Below, in pieces: positions 41,292-55,983 of a DNA stretch of 64,000 bases. Source of the DNA: the human T2T-CHM13v2.0 reference genome, Homo sapiens. The notes beneath the pieces are model-generated. The model made no database searches. It was not told the DNA's origin and worked only from the letters and a program-made list of their open reading frames with translations. Position numbers and translations under genes: made by a program. Each line of letters begins with the position of its first letter. Within the stretch, counting starts at the first letter, position 1. The DNA lies in NCBI RefSeq assembly GCF_009914755.1, contig NC_060934.1; one strand, written 5' to 3'.

Positions 41292-41389
41292 CTACAAAAG
41301 AAAAAACACTTTATACAAGGTAATACCACTTAATATTTAAAATATCCTACAAGCTAAATGCTCATTAAGTTTTTTTTTTTTTTTTTTTT

Positions 41390-41601
41390 ACCTCCGCCCT
41401 CTCTCCCTCCCTGGCCACTCTTGACTCTCCCTTCACCTTCTGCCATGATTGTAAGTTTCCTGAGGTCTCCCCAGAAGCCAAGCAGATGCCGCTATGCTTC
41501 CAATATAGCCTGCAGAACCGTGAGCCAATTAAACCTCTTTTCTTTTTAAATTACATAGTCTTAGGTACTTCTTTATAGTGGTGTTAGAATGGACTAATAC
41601 C
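41390..41601 (+). mobile_element. MaLR LTR fragment (MSTB-like, 3' half)
   Basis: CCATGATTGTAAGTTTCCTGAGG, GAACCGTGAGCCAATTAAACCTCTTTTCTTT and GGACTAATAC. Confidence 0.8.
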
Positions 41602-42234
41602 ACTCCCTAACATCTCAAAATTTCAGAGAAGTGCTTACATCACCATCTGCCAAGGTTACCCAGCTATTAGTGGTCAAACCAAAATTAAAATCAAGGTTTC
41701 CAGATCCCTAGTCTAGTACTTTCTCTAATAACCTATGATCTACCCATTCCCAGTAAGATGTACACATGTATATATGGGCACCAAAACTTAACATGTCTCC
41801 TTTTTATACCTCAACTGCTGGATCTGTCCCTGGGAAATCAGCAAAATAAAAGGAGTGGTGAAGATAAATGGTAATAAGGATACAGTTTAAAATTATCACT
41901 TCAATCATAATTTGGGATATTGGAAAAAAAAGATCCACAATGTTAGGGAAATATTATAGGTGGTAGCTGAGGATACATCTCTCATGCCCTCAGACTGCCA
42001 GCTATTTGTCCAATGTTCCCCACCCAAGCCTAAACAGTTCCCAATAGCTTTATGCTCTGTAAGTTACTCCTTAGGGCCTTCCCCCTACGCTTTAGTAAGT
42101 ATTAGGGAAAAATATAATCATATTTATAAAATATTATTTATTAACCAAAGTGATTCTAATTGGTACAAATTCAAGGAGTATAGTTTTGTTTTGCTTGGGA
42201 TTGTAGGGGATAATGAAATCCTTCTTTTATCTTT

Positions 42235-42830
<596 letters not shown>

Positions 42831-43149
42831 AATAATTAATTTCATTAAGGTTTATTTACCTATCTACTCTGAAAACCAGACTTTGGGGGTAAAGACATAA
42901 TTATATCAAGTAAGAAGCTACTCTCTAAAAGGCGTTAAAAGACTCTGAAACCTTTACCCCACGAAAAGTCAGGTACAAAGTTGTTTGTTTTTTTTTTCTG
43001 ACAAGGATTCTCCATGGTTCAGACATTCAAGGACATCCAAAAGTATTTCCCCAAACAGGGCATATTCTAAAATCCCAGGGCTATAATAAATTTAACACAG
43101 GAAAGCACAGTTGCCACTGTTGCTAACGAGCCCACAGCTGTGAATGAAA

Positions 43150-43410
43150 AAACCTAAAGCATGATGGCTTATCCCTATATAATCCCAGAAATTTGGGAGG
43201 CTGAGGCAAGAGGATTGCTTGAAGCCAGAAGTTTGAGATTAGTTTAAATAAAGCAAGACATCTTGTCTCTACAAACACACCAAAAAAAAAAAAAAAGAGC
43301 CAGGCATGGTGGGGTGCACCGGTAGTCCCAGCTGCTCAGGAGACCAAGGGAGAAGGATCACTTAAGCCCAGGAGTTTGAGGCTACAATGAGCTATCATGG
43401 CATCACTGCA
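43150..43410 (+). mobile_element. Degenerate AluJ
   Basis: Diverged dimer, 3'-truncated. Confidence 0.8.
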
Positions 43411-44456
43411 CAAACCTGTAAGCAAGGGAAAACAATAGGGAAGAAACCTGTTCTCTCAAATATGAAGGAGGCCCAAACCAATGGGTTTCCCTGAACTACA
43501 GGCTCAGAAAAATCTTCAGTGAATATTCAGCACATCTTCCTACCACTGTCAGAGCGGATCAGAGAAATGTCTGTGTTACCATAATGGTAACTGCAGTCAT
43601 TTATATGATATACTAACTACATATACCTAATTAACATGCAACACAGTAATGATGATGCATATAATTATCTCTTGATATTAACTTTCTAAATTTCATCTTA
43701 GTATGATATTAAATGCTGATCTGATATGTTCAGACTTTGATAGTTTACTGCTCATGATGACAGTAATCTGCTAACAATTTTAAGCATTAGAAGAAACATT
43801 CATTATACATAACAGCAGATTTCCAGAGACAAAAGAAAGAAACAATTAGAGAAAAATGTGATCAAACATATTGGCCATGACAGCTGGCTGTGCTTTGCAT
43901 TATAAATAATTTAATCAAGTCCAACATAAATGATTTTGGATTATTCATAAATTGGCATTAACTATTCCATAGCTCTTCTCCATTAATATGGATAAATAAG
44001 GGCAAAAACATAAACATTTTTTAGCAAAATAAGCCATTCAAGAAACTATCATACCAAGAAACCATACTACCACAGTACCAACATGAGAAAAAGACAGAAT
44101 GAAACTTCAAAATCCTATTAGTCCCTTTAACTGTATTTAAAAGAACAAATTAAGATATGAAAAAAAATGGAAGCAGAAGAAATTTTTAGATTGTTCTAAG
44201 CACCTTCTCATTCTTGAATCTGAAAAGTTATACTATAAAAAAGTTATATTTTAGGCAAGTTTCATGTAAGGCATGGCAATGTCAAAAATTCTTCAAGCAA
44301 CAGGTGACCATAAAACTGGTATTAAAATCATTCTGTAAAAAACAGTGAAAACACATTTACACCATGATCCAGTACACAATCACCTTAACAGAGTCATTTT
44401 ATAAATTCTGATTATGCAAATTTTCCCAAATCTTAAATACAACATACAATACTTAC

Positions 44457-44579
44457 CCCATATTGGTAAATCATCTATGTACATCTGGTACCAGTAATGA
44501 TTTTTTATGGCATATACAAATGCATCTCTCTTTTCTTTATCTAAATCAATTTCACAGTAAGTGGCTGGCATCACATCAT
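44457..44579 (-). CDS. TM9SF3: TM9SF3 exon 3 (123 nt; DDVMPATYC...DDLPIW)
   Basis: GTGCAG|ATG acceptor, GGG|GTAAGT donor; lies within ORF 44380..44601. Confidence 0.97.
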
Positions 44580-46235
44580 CTGCACAAAATAAAAATTGCA
44601 AATTAGCCCACTAGTTTGCAAAATAGTTACATTAAAAAAAAAAAAGACAAGAAAAAAGCCAACATTTCCTACAGTTAAAATTTCTATTCACAATAGCTGA
44701 ATCTGAGTGATAAATAAGTGTGGGTTCAGTGTACTATTCCTCCCTTTTTTTGTGTATCTTTAAGACTTTTTATAATGAAAAAATTTTAATCATCTTTATT
44801 TTCAAACATTACCTAAGTGAAATCATCCCTTATACAAAGCAAATTATACAAGAAAATTTATAAAGTAACTTCAAAATAAATTGATTTTAAAAACAAAAAA
44901 AGCTTAAACACATAACAAAGTTTTTATTTAATATATACAAAAGCTCAAGAATATGGTCATAAACAGAGATAACCATTTGTAGCTATAAGATCTCTCTGAG
45001 ATAAACACTGATTTTAACATTCTTGGAAAGACAAGTTACTGGAAGCCACAGATTCTATGAAAACACCCAGTGACTATTCATAAGCAGGAAGATTAAAAGG
45101 CAAACCTCTATTCAGCAAACATCACTGTTTATAAATTGCCTTAAAGTCCCCTCAAGATGAGTCATTTTCCACCCCGACTGCTTTCAAAGATACTGCTACT
45201 ATAATTCTATTCAGATGGTTTCTAACTTAATAAACCTAGTATTTCAAAAATGTACCTGTTTCTAATAAAACAAAAGAAAATCCAAAAAACCTACAAATAC
45301 TAAACATGTCAATCAAAAGAAGTTGTTTTGGTATATTAAGCAATTAGAAAAAAATTAAGAAATCATTCTGAACAAGAACAAAAAAGCAAGCACAAGTTTG
45401 TTTTTAAGTTCTATACTATATTTGTACTATAATATTGGTTATTTGAAACATGAAATGCAATTTCTCTAAAGATACATTATTAAACTTTTTATTGATCAAA
45501 AGTTCTTAAACATAAATTGTAGCTACATCATTTAGTGGCTCAAAGAAATAGCAATCTAATTTATAACTCAAGATACCCAGCAGTATGTCTCCCCAATCCT
45601 TAAGAGAGAGAGTAGCTTCCCATATTATAGACCAACCTAAAGTGGGTACCCCAAAACTACAACACCAAAGATGGCAGTAAACATTAAAGTCCCATGGAAG
45701 AATGTCAGGGAAATACCTTCTTACCCTCAAAGTATGGGAAGAAAATTAATTTGTCTCCAACAGCGACTCCCACATAGATTTTCTTTCTGCCCAAGCCCTC
45801 CTAGGCAGTAAGGAATTTAGGATTTTCATGATGGCAAAAACAAACAAACAAACAACAACAAAAAAAACCCTGAGGCTGAGCAGTGAAGCAACGGAGGGTT
45901 AAAAAATGAGATTGCTCCAAAGGGTTTCTACAGCAGGAGCTAGAAAAACTGACAGCAAGAGATCCCCAAATGGGGTCTCCAAGGAGTGTGATAATGAACA
46001 AAAGGTAGCAGGCAACTGCAGCTACGGAAGGGATATTCAGAACCAAAGGAAGGTCCAGGCTTAAGGGACAACAAATGGCCACAGTGGCAGTAGGGTACCT
46101 CACAGCTACCTCTGCAAAGCCATTGAATTCCTTGCCGTTAGAAACAAATATTCATTGATAATGGTCATTAACAATATGGTAGATTTAAGTAGGAAGCTCT
46201 AAGATATATACAGTATGGCATTTATCTGTATAAAG

Positions 46236-46538
<303 letters not shown>

Positions 46539-48058
46539 AATCTGTATAAAGCTTTTAAAAGATTCCTCAGAGTCTGGATTTTAGTCCAACTCTTTGTTTC
46601 CCAACTGATATATCTGCCTCTACGCTCAAGCCAAACTCAATTCCCACACACCCTGTGCTCTCCTGGCCTCTGAACTTTTTTGCTCATGCTGTTAACTCTA
46701 CCTAAAATGTCCAGTCTAAAATCCTCACCATCCCCCAGCCCTTTCCTCCACAAAGGAATCCCTGACTCCCCACTCCCCACACTTCTTATACCCACTCCCA
46801 TACCTCCCTTATGGCATGTAGGCCTGTACCATTTTCTACCTCATACCAGTATCTTGCTCCTCAAAAACACCATTAGGTCTTGAGCGCTTTGTCCATAACT
46901 GATTATATCCTTTTTATCTCCAGCCATGCCTGCTTCAGTACCCTGCACAGACTAGGCACTAAACAAATAAACAAAAAATTTTAAGAGCATAATTTTCTTA
47001 TTTGGCAAAGGAAATCACTACACATATTAGGGTATGTACCTATACATGCATCTGTGTATGAATAGTGTGTATGTTTGTACAGAAGGAGAAAATGCCAATT
47101 TATAAACAAATGAAATTTTTGAACAGTGTCTCTCAGAAGGATTGACAAAGAGGTCTTGAAGAATAACTTTAACTCATGTAAAGTCTAGAAACGAAGCATG
47201 TTAAAAGGGAAAATCTATTATTATGACAGGCTATATAAAAAGGGTGTTGGTTGGTCATATCTTAATGAAATTCATCTTCCAGGCAGGTAGACAAATACAA
47301 ACATCACAAATAACTGAAGAGTCTCTGGCTGCCCAACTGAAACAGCATTTCCCTCAGGAGGGAGCCAATTTGAAAATAACTAATGCAATGTGTATGAATA
47401 TGCCAAATCATTATTCAGCACTCTATATATCTGGAAAACAATCTGAAAAATCTACCAGCATAAATCAGTGCTTTAAAATTATAATAGGCTATATCTTTCG
47501 AAGGTGAAACACACATCCATGAATTCTGAAAAAGATGCAATTAAGATTTTACTAATGTAAATAGTTCTTACGAGGGAAAAAAACAAAGTAGTAAAGTGGC
47601 AAATGTTAACCTTATTTTTCAAACAGAAAGCAAGGTTAGGTAGATTCTGGACACTATGCACCCCAATAATCTACCATCAGTTCCCAATAAAACTCCAGGC
47701 TAACAATTGAATAGGCAGTGAAAGCACTGAGAAAAGAAAGTGGTAATTATTCATGAGTTCTCTACGAACACAGTATGCCATACTTTGTTTACTTTCTCTT
47801 TTGATAACATTACATTTGGAAAATGAGAAACAGTCTACCTCTAATTCAGCAGCACTTGGCAAAGTCTCTCTTCAAAGAAATCAATATATAAAAAGTTATA
47901 GAGAAATGGGCAGAAAGGTGAGGTTTATTCTGAGCTCTAGTATCTAGTAGCTATGTGAATAAAAAGCAAGTTATTTAACTTCCATGAACCTCTCAGTTCC
48001 CTTAACAGAGACAGCATCTATGCTATCTCCTTCCCAGAGTTAAGAATTAAAAGCATCA

Positions 48059-48337
48059 GGCCAAGCGTGCTGGCTCACACCTGGAATCTCAGCACTTTAG
48101 GAGGCCCAAGGCAGACTGATCCCCTGAGCCCAGGAGTTCGAGACCAGCCTGAGCAACATGTCAAAACCTCATCTTTACAAAAACCAGAAAAATTAGCCAG
48201 GCATGGTGGTGTGTGCCTATAGTTCCAGCTACTCAGAAGGCTGAGGCCGGGGAGGTCGAGGCTGCAGTAAGCTGTGATGGGACCACTGCACTCCAGCCTG
48301 GGTGACAGTAAGACCCTGTCTCCAAAAAAAGAAAAAA
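48059..48337 (+). mobile_element. AluJ
   Basis: Dimer with GAGGTCGAGGCTGCAGT. Confidence 0.88.
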
Positions 48338-48905
48338 AGGATTGAAAGTGCCAATATATTCACAGAAAGTGTTCTTAAGTTTCCTTGGGCCTCACACCCC
48401 TTTGAGAATCCAATGAAAGTGATCTTTCCCTTGCCCACCCCCTGAAAATGCACATTCACATAAAATTAACGTAGAATTTCAGAGGGCCTGAAGACCCCAG
48501 AAGCCAGAGCTCTTGGTTGAACTATGCATACCCAGAGCCTACCATCGTGCTGGAATGCAGTAAGATACTCAATAACTGCTGAATTAACTAGAGGAAAACA
48601 AGAACTGGAAAAACTGATATATTCACAGTTAATTAAATAACTATATAAAGAGTACTGATTAACTGACCAACCTGACTAGCAGTATAAACAGTGTAATTTT
48701 TTCTAAACGACAATTTGGCAACATGTGTCAACAACTGCCTTAAATATGTTTATACCCTTTGATTCAGTAATTCTACTTCCAAGAATTCATCCTAATAACA
48801 GATTCAGAGATGTACTGAAATACTTATGTGCAATAGCAGAAAAAGAAAACCAAAGAAGGATGGAAGGAAGGATCAAAATATCAAACAACTAGAAAATGGG
48901 AGAAA

Positions 48906-49191
48906 GGCCGGGCGCAATGGCTCACACCTGTAATCCCAGCATTTTGGGAGGCCGAGGCAGGCAGATCACGAGGTCAGGAGATCAAGACCATCCTGGCCAA
49001 CATGGTGAAACCCCGTCTCTACTAAAAATACAAAAATCAGCTTGGCGTGGTGGCGTGTGCCCGTAATCCCAGCTACCTGGGAGGCTGAGGCAGGAGAATC
49101 GCGTGAGGTTGCAGTGAGCCAAGATCACACCACTGCACCGCAATCCAGCCTAGCAACAGAGCGAGACTCCGTCTCAAAAAAAAGAAAGAAA
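48906..49191 (+). mobile_element. AluSc-like
   Basis: Dimer, ACCATCCTGGCCAACATGGTG, TSD AGAAAATGGG. Confidence 0.92.
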
Positions 49192-49833
49192 ATGGGGGAA
49201 AAAAACCACAGTATCCAAGTTACAGAATAGTATGTTGCCACATTTAAAAGAGTAATTAACAGTATGGGGACAAGCTCATAAAATGTCAAGAGAACAAAAG
49301 CAGAACAAAAACTATATATAACTTACTAAATGTGTTAGAATGTGCTTAAAACAGTGTCCGGCACATAATATGCACTATATAAGGATTTGTTAAATAAACT
49401 TTAATAAATATATGTAGAATGAACTCAACTTTCACATATTTAAAACAATGTGGATAAACACAAACACAGAAGGACTGAAGAAAATACAACAAAATGTTAA
49501 TGGTAATTATATCCAGGTTTATATTTTCCTGTAGTTACTAAATTGTGTATTTGAACTTCTATCACTGTTACAATCAGAAAAATATATATGCATATATATT
49601 CCTTTAAAAAACAAAAAAGAGATGCCCATATTTATCAAATCTGCTGTTAGTACAAGGTATAAGAAATCGGTAATAAGAATTGACAAATTTCAGATTCAAA
49701 TTATTTGGTCTGGCTAAAACACTTTGGTTGAAACCAACAGGACAACATATTGTACCAAGTTCCCAGACTTCCACTTACAAACAAGGCAGATTTAACCACA
49801 AGTATATTTCTTCTCTCTCTTAAAACCCATTAA

Positions 49834-50208
<375 letters not shown>

Positions 50209-51645
50209 TAACAAATTTTTAGGAAATGGAAAACGGTTGTAAGATGACAAACTACTAATAAAGCAGGAGAAAACATAACAGGAGAGTGATGCCTGTAAGG
50301 GAGGGAACTGGTGTCACAGAACCCAAGAGACACTCAGGACTTGGAGGCACTACAGACCTCAAAAGCTAGGGGGACAGATGTAGGACTAAACACAAAGGGA
50401 ACTGTATTAAAATATTAAATATGTACATAAATGGGTTAGATGGCCAGGTCCCCTCCTCTACCCTTCATACAGCTAGACACATACTGTACCCTCAACTTAT
50501 CCCTGTAGTAGACCAGTGGCACCTTCCTCTAGAGAACTTAAACCAGAGGGGCTCCAGAATCAGGGACAGCAGGAATAGCAGAAGCTAGGGACTGAAAACA
50601 GCATGGGGGATTACCTGAAGTAAACATCTTCCGGCTGAATAAGTAAACCTACCATCCCCCCAGTCCCTTTTCCTCACCTTTTGGCAATCAGGCCTATATT
50701 CCCCAGGCAGATATCTGGAGGGAAATACCGCATGGTGAAGATAAGAACAGCCAAGATTGAGAATCACTAAACTAAAAATATATAAGGCTCTAAACAGCCC
50801 TTGGCATCTCTTCCTACCTGCAGTACTCTCAACTTAACAATTAACTCTAAAGAAAAAAATACTTGTAAAATAATTTCAGCCCTCTGTTAAGTTGCGAAAT
50901 TCAAGGAAGAAAAAAATTCAAGGGAAGATCGATAAAATAAACAGAAGGAAGGAGTCCTGTAGAAGTCACTGATTTTTCCACAATTAACACACTTCATTAT
51001 ACTGCAAGAATTCTCAAATGGGGGAAGGGGAAGGACGGATGGGTGGTGATCTCTTCTGGTTAAGAATTACTATTCCAGATCATCTAATGTCCATAATGAA
51101 CCAATTATCGTAACAACAAGTAGGCACAAACCGTCTGGATGCTAGACAATTTATTAAAAGCATACTATGTCTTAACAGCTAAGGGTGCAATGGTGAATAA
51201 GAGTGCTACTATAACAGGCTAGTACAGCAGCTTGGGGATAAATCAAAGTCTGTAATCAATAAACTAACATTTCATAATCGTAAATACAAAATCAAGGTGG
51301 AGCTACAGACCCATGCTATGTGCTATTAGTATTCCTAATTACCACTTTTCGAATATAAACTATATACCAGGAACTTTGATAAATGCTCTACATGCATTCT
51401 CATTTAAACCTGACACTTCGATCAAATAAATATTATTTCCCACACTTCACAGATAAGCAATACGAGATCAAAGAGGTTGAACAATTTGCCCATGACCACA
51501 CAGGTAAGCAGAGGCAAAGCTGGATGCATCAAGTCTCTCTGACCCTAAAGCACATCTTCTATTCCACACTATGATGGCAAGGTTCGAAGAGGTACCCTCT
51601 AAAACTGGAGGGTACTGAATTCAAACCAGGCTCAAGGATGCCTAA

Positions 51646-51969
<324 letters not shown>

Positions 51970-52860
51970 CATTTTCTTAAAATGGTCTCAATTTAGCATT
52001 TTTGTCTAGTGCTAGAATATAAGATTATTAGCAAGAAAAAGTTGTGTATAAAATCTTGAGAGGCATCCTGTATTAGAGTTAGACTATCATTAGTTCCTTT
52101 AAATAGTCTCTTTAGTAATCATCATTTTACAAAACGATACCAATCCATGGAGCCTGACACAGTCTAATAGGTTAAAAAAAGATGTGTGTGTATGCATATG
52201 TAAACATGTATGTATGTGTGCGTATAGTTTTCTCTGGTTTCACATTTCCAAAATTTTATTTGAATATGCCTTCAGAAGAATCTTTAAAAGTCAAATATTC
52301 AAGAGATGAAAGATTAAGAACACACGGTAAATATTCCTATAGTTCACAAGAGACATAATGTTCCAGTTTCTATTATTAGTATGCTACGATACACCATGGA
52401 TAAATCACTTTATCTCTGGGCTTCTGGGAGAGGGAATTGGATGACACAATCTCTAAGGTGCATCCTATTTTTTTAATGTTTGGCTAAGTGACAACCTACA
52501 ACACTTTTCAAAGCATGATCGACTTTATCTTTGAACACAGCAAGCAAAGAGCTACAGTAGAGGGCGAAGATAAATCTAATCAGCATCTACTATTTCATCT
52601 GGACCACTTAATTTAGCAGCTTCTTTAGCAGCATATCCATGCTGGAGGTGGAAACTTGGTAAGACCCCTAGGAATCAGCAACTCTCAGGGAATAACACTT
52701 GGCTAGCTCTTCTTTTTTTAATCTGAAAGTGCTTAGCTTAGTCTGAAAAGAAAATAAATCCCACTTCTTTACCCATGAAAACCATATTCCTCTATTTAAA
52801 TAATCTCTCCATCTCAGCCTCTAGGAACTAATAAAAGGGGGTTTAAGATTGCCAAATAAG

Positions 52861-54236
52861 GTACTGGTACCAAAACAGATATATAGACCAACAGAACAGA
52901 ACAGAGCCCTCAGAAATAACACCACACATCTACAACCATGTGATCTTTGACAAACCTGACAAAAACAAGCAATGACGAAAGGATTCCCTATTTAATAGGT
53001 GGTGTTGGGAAAACTGGCTAGCCATATGCAGAAAACTGAAGCTGGACCCCTTCCTTACACCTTAAGCAAAAATTAACTCGAGATGGATTAAAGACTTAAA
53101 CGTAAGACCTAAAACCATAAAAATCCTAGAAGAAAACCTAGGCAATACCATTAAGGACATAGGCATGGGCAGACTTCATGTCTAAAACACCAAAAGCAAT
53201 GGCAATAAAAGCCAAAATAGACAAACAGGATCTAATTAAACTAAAGAGCTTCTGCATAGCAAAAGAAACTACCATCAAAGTGAACAGGCAACCTACAGAA
53301 TGGGAGAAAATTTTTGCAATCAATCCATCTGACAAAGGGCTAATATCCAGAATCTACAAAGAACTTAAACAAATTTACAAGAAAAAACCAAACAACCCCA
53401 TCAAAAAGTGGGCAAAGAATATGAACAGACGCTTCTCAAAAGAAGACATTTATGCAGCCAACGAACATACAAAAAAAAGCTCATCATCACCGGTCACTAG
53501 AGAAATGCGAATCAAAACTACAATGAGCTACTACCTTATACCAGTTAGAATGGCGATCATTAAAAAATCAGGAAACAATAGATGCTGGAGAGGATGGGAG
53601 AAACAGGAATGCTTTTACACTGTTGGTGGGAGTGTAAATTAGTTCAACCATTGTGGAAGACAGTGTGGCAATTCCTCAAGGATCTAGAACTAGAAATACC
53701 ATTTGACCCAGCAATCCCATTACTGGGCATATACCCAAAAAATTATAAATCATTCTACTATAAAGATACATACACATGTATGTTTACTGTGGCACTATTC
53801 ACAACAGCAAAGACTTGGAACCAACCCAAATGTCCATCAATGATAGAATGGATAAAGAAAATGTGGCACATATATACCATGGAATACTATGCAGCCACAG
53901 AAAAGGATGAGTTAACATTCTTTGCAGGGACATGGATGAAGCTGGAAACCATCATTCTCAGCAAACTAACACAAGAACAGAAAACCAAACACCTCATGTT
54001 CTCACTCGTAAGTGGGAATTGAACAATGAGAACACATGGACACAGGGAAGGGAACATCACACACCCGGCCCTGTCAGGGGGTGGGGGGCTAGGGAAGGGA
54101 TAGCATTAGGAGAAATACCAAACGTAGGTGACGGGTTGATGGGTGCAGCAAACCACCATGGCATGTGTATTCCTATGTATCAAAACTGCACGTTCTGCAC
54201 AAGTACCCCAGATCTTAAAGTATTAAAAAAAAAAAA
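52861..54236 (+). mobile_element. 5'-truncated L1PA (about L1PA6-8): ORF2 3' end, 3' UTR and poly(A)
   Basis: Frameshifted ORF2 C-terminus (ORFs 53178..53642 and 53582..54022), G-rich 3' UTR, A-tail, and a TSD AAGATTGC..AAT.AAG. Confidence 0.95.
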
Positions 54237-55550
54237 GATTGCTGAATTAAGTACTCTTCTTTAGTAAATATGGGTGAGGATCTCAAAAACTAATGAAATC
54301 TGTACACAGTAGCAAAGTAGGACTCAGGAGTTCTGCCTATTCTCTCTTGTTGGTTCCTCTTTAATAAACTAGAAATGCACACCAAATACGGAAAAAGAGA
54401 AAGCAGACGATTACATATAGTACCAAATCTCAAAGATCACATTTTCTAGTTTAAGTTTTCTTGTTATTTGTGACTAAATACTTAAATTACCTAATTAAAT
54501 TAAAACACAAGCCTCAAAGGTATGTTTACAGTGATTCATAAAATTACAGGCCATGCCACTGTGGTTTAAATTTACAACTTAATTTTATAATTAAGCCCCA
54601 AAGACTATAAACGGGGGGATGGGGAGGGGGGAGAATGTAAATAGATACGGTATACCTATTTTCAACAATAACTGAGCAATTTTAAAAACAAGAATAAAAT
54701 TTAACAAATCGAAATTAAAGTAACATTATCTTTAAAATCTCACTGACATTCTTCTCCTCAAAGTACTAAATAATAACATCTTTAGTACTAAAAATACCAG
54801 AAGTCAGTTACTATTCATCTTACACATGGAGACAATGAAGTCAAAACTGCAGTAAACAATTTTACTAAAATGAATACAGTACCAAAAAAAAAAAAAAGGA
54901 GGATTAAAATCCAAAGCTCCTGTTTACAGGATCCATGATGTATTCAAAAACCAAGACACCTAATCAAAGATCCTGCAAAAATTCAATTACTCAAGCTTCT
55001 GTTCACCATGCTAAAAATGCCTGTGCAGGAAATACACTCTCTGACAAACTTCACAGAGAAAAATGAAAAGTATAAACACACTCAAAGGACCTGATAAATG
55101 GATACCTGCATAATAACTAGATACGATGAAGTATTTTCCCCAAATTTAACAAGTCTTTGACTTAAAATTTAAATATCCTATAGGTATTAACAGGATAAAT
55201 TAATACAACACTGATAAATAATACATGTTAAGCCTATGGTACAAGTTTGAATTTGAGGCGTCACACAAGAATTTTAAGTATCCACGCATCCCATTACAGC
55301 CTCAGACCTCCAGAAATTACTTTGTTAAATATCCATGAAGGTCTTCCCGGGCCACATGTGTCTAATCAATAGGGGGTTTACTAGACAACACTTTTCAGAA
55401 GGAAATATGTTAAGGAAATACAATTTTATTAACAATTATCTATTTTATTATCTTATAAATATTCAAAGGAAATCTTTGTTAATTACTAATATACTTTCCT
55501 AAATGCAATACACCTCATTTACAGACTAAAACACATTTTAGAGTCTAAAG

Positions 55551-55741
55551 TAGTGGTTCTCAACTGACAGCAATTAGCAATGTCTGGTGACTTTTTTGGT
55601 TTTCACAACTGGAAGGTGCTACTGGCATCTGGGGGGTACAGGCCAGGGACTCTGCTAGACATCCTAACATGTACATAACAGCTCCATACAACAAAGAATT
55701 ATCCAACACCAGTGTCAATAGTGCCAAAATATGAAACCCTT
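55551..55741 (+). mobile_element. MER20 hAT-Charlie element about 45 nt from the exon 2 donor
   Basis: TAGTGGTTCTCAAC start, GGTGCTACTGGCATCT core, and an 8-bp TSD GTCTAAAG/GTCTACAA. Confidence 0.8.
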
Positions 55742-55787
55742 GTCTACAATCCAAATTGCATTGTAAGGACTATTAAGGTTTACTTAC

Positions 55788-55983
55788 CTTTAAATTTAAT
55801 ATCCAGACCACTAAATTCCAATTCAACCCCTTGAAGTGCTTCTCCCAGAGTTTCATGGTAATGACTGATACTTTTTTTTGACCCCACACAGAATGGAAGT
55901 GAAAAGTACTTATATGTTTCTTGACGATTATGGTAGGGCCCAACAGTATTCATCCATAAGACAACTTCCTCTTTATCTTGATA
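55788..55983 (-). CDS. TM9SF3: TM9SF3 exon 2 (196 nt; [17 protein letters not shown]...LDIKFK)
   Basis: Acceptor TTTCAG|TAT, donor AAG|GTAAGT; lies within ORF 55780..56025. Confidence 0.97.

Noticed and set aside
53178-54264. Overlapping 154/146/110-aa ORFs
   Set aside because: Frameshifted L1 ORF2 C-terminus and 3' UTR of a 5'-truncated, inactive element.
54613-54631. G-rich runs as G-quadruplexes (also 37429-37456 and 16262-16277)
   Set aside because: Each has only three tracts of three or more G.
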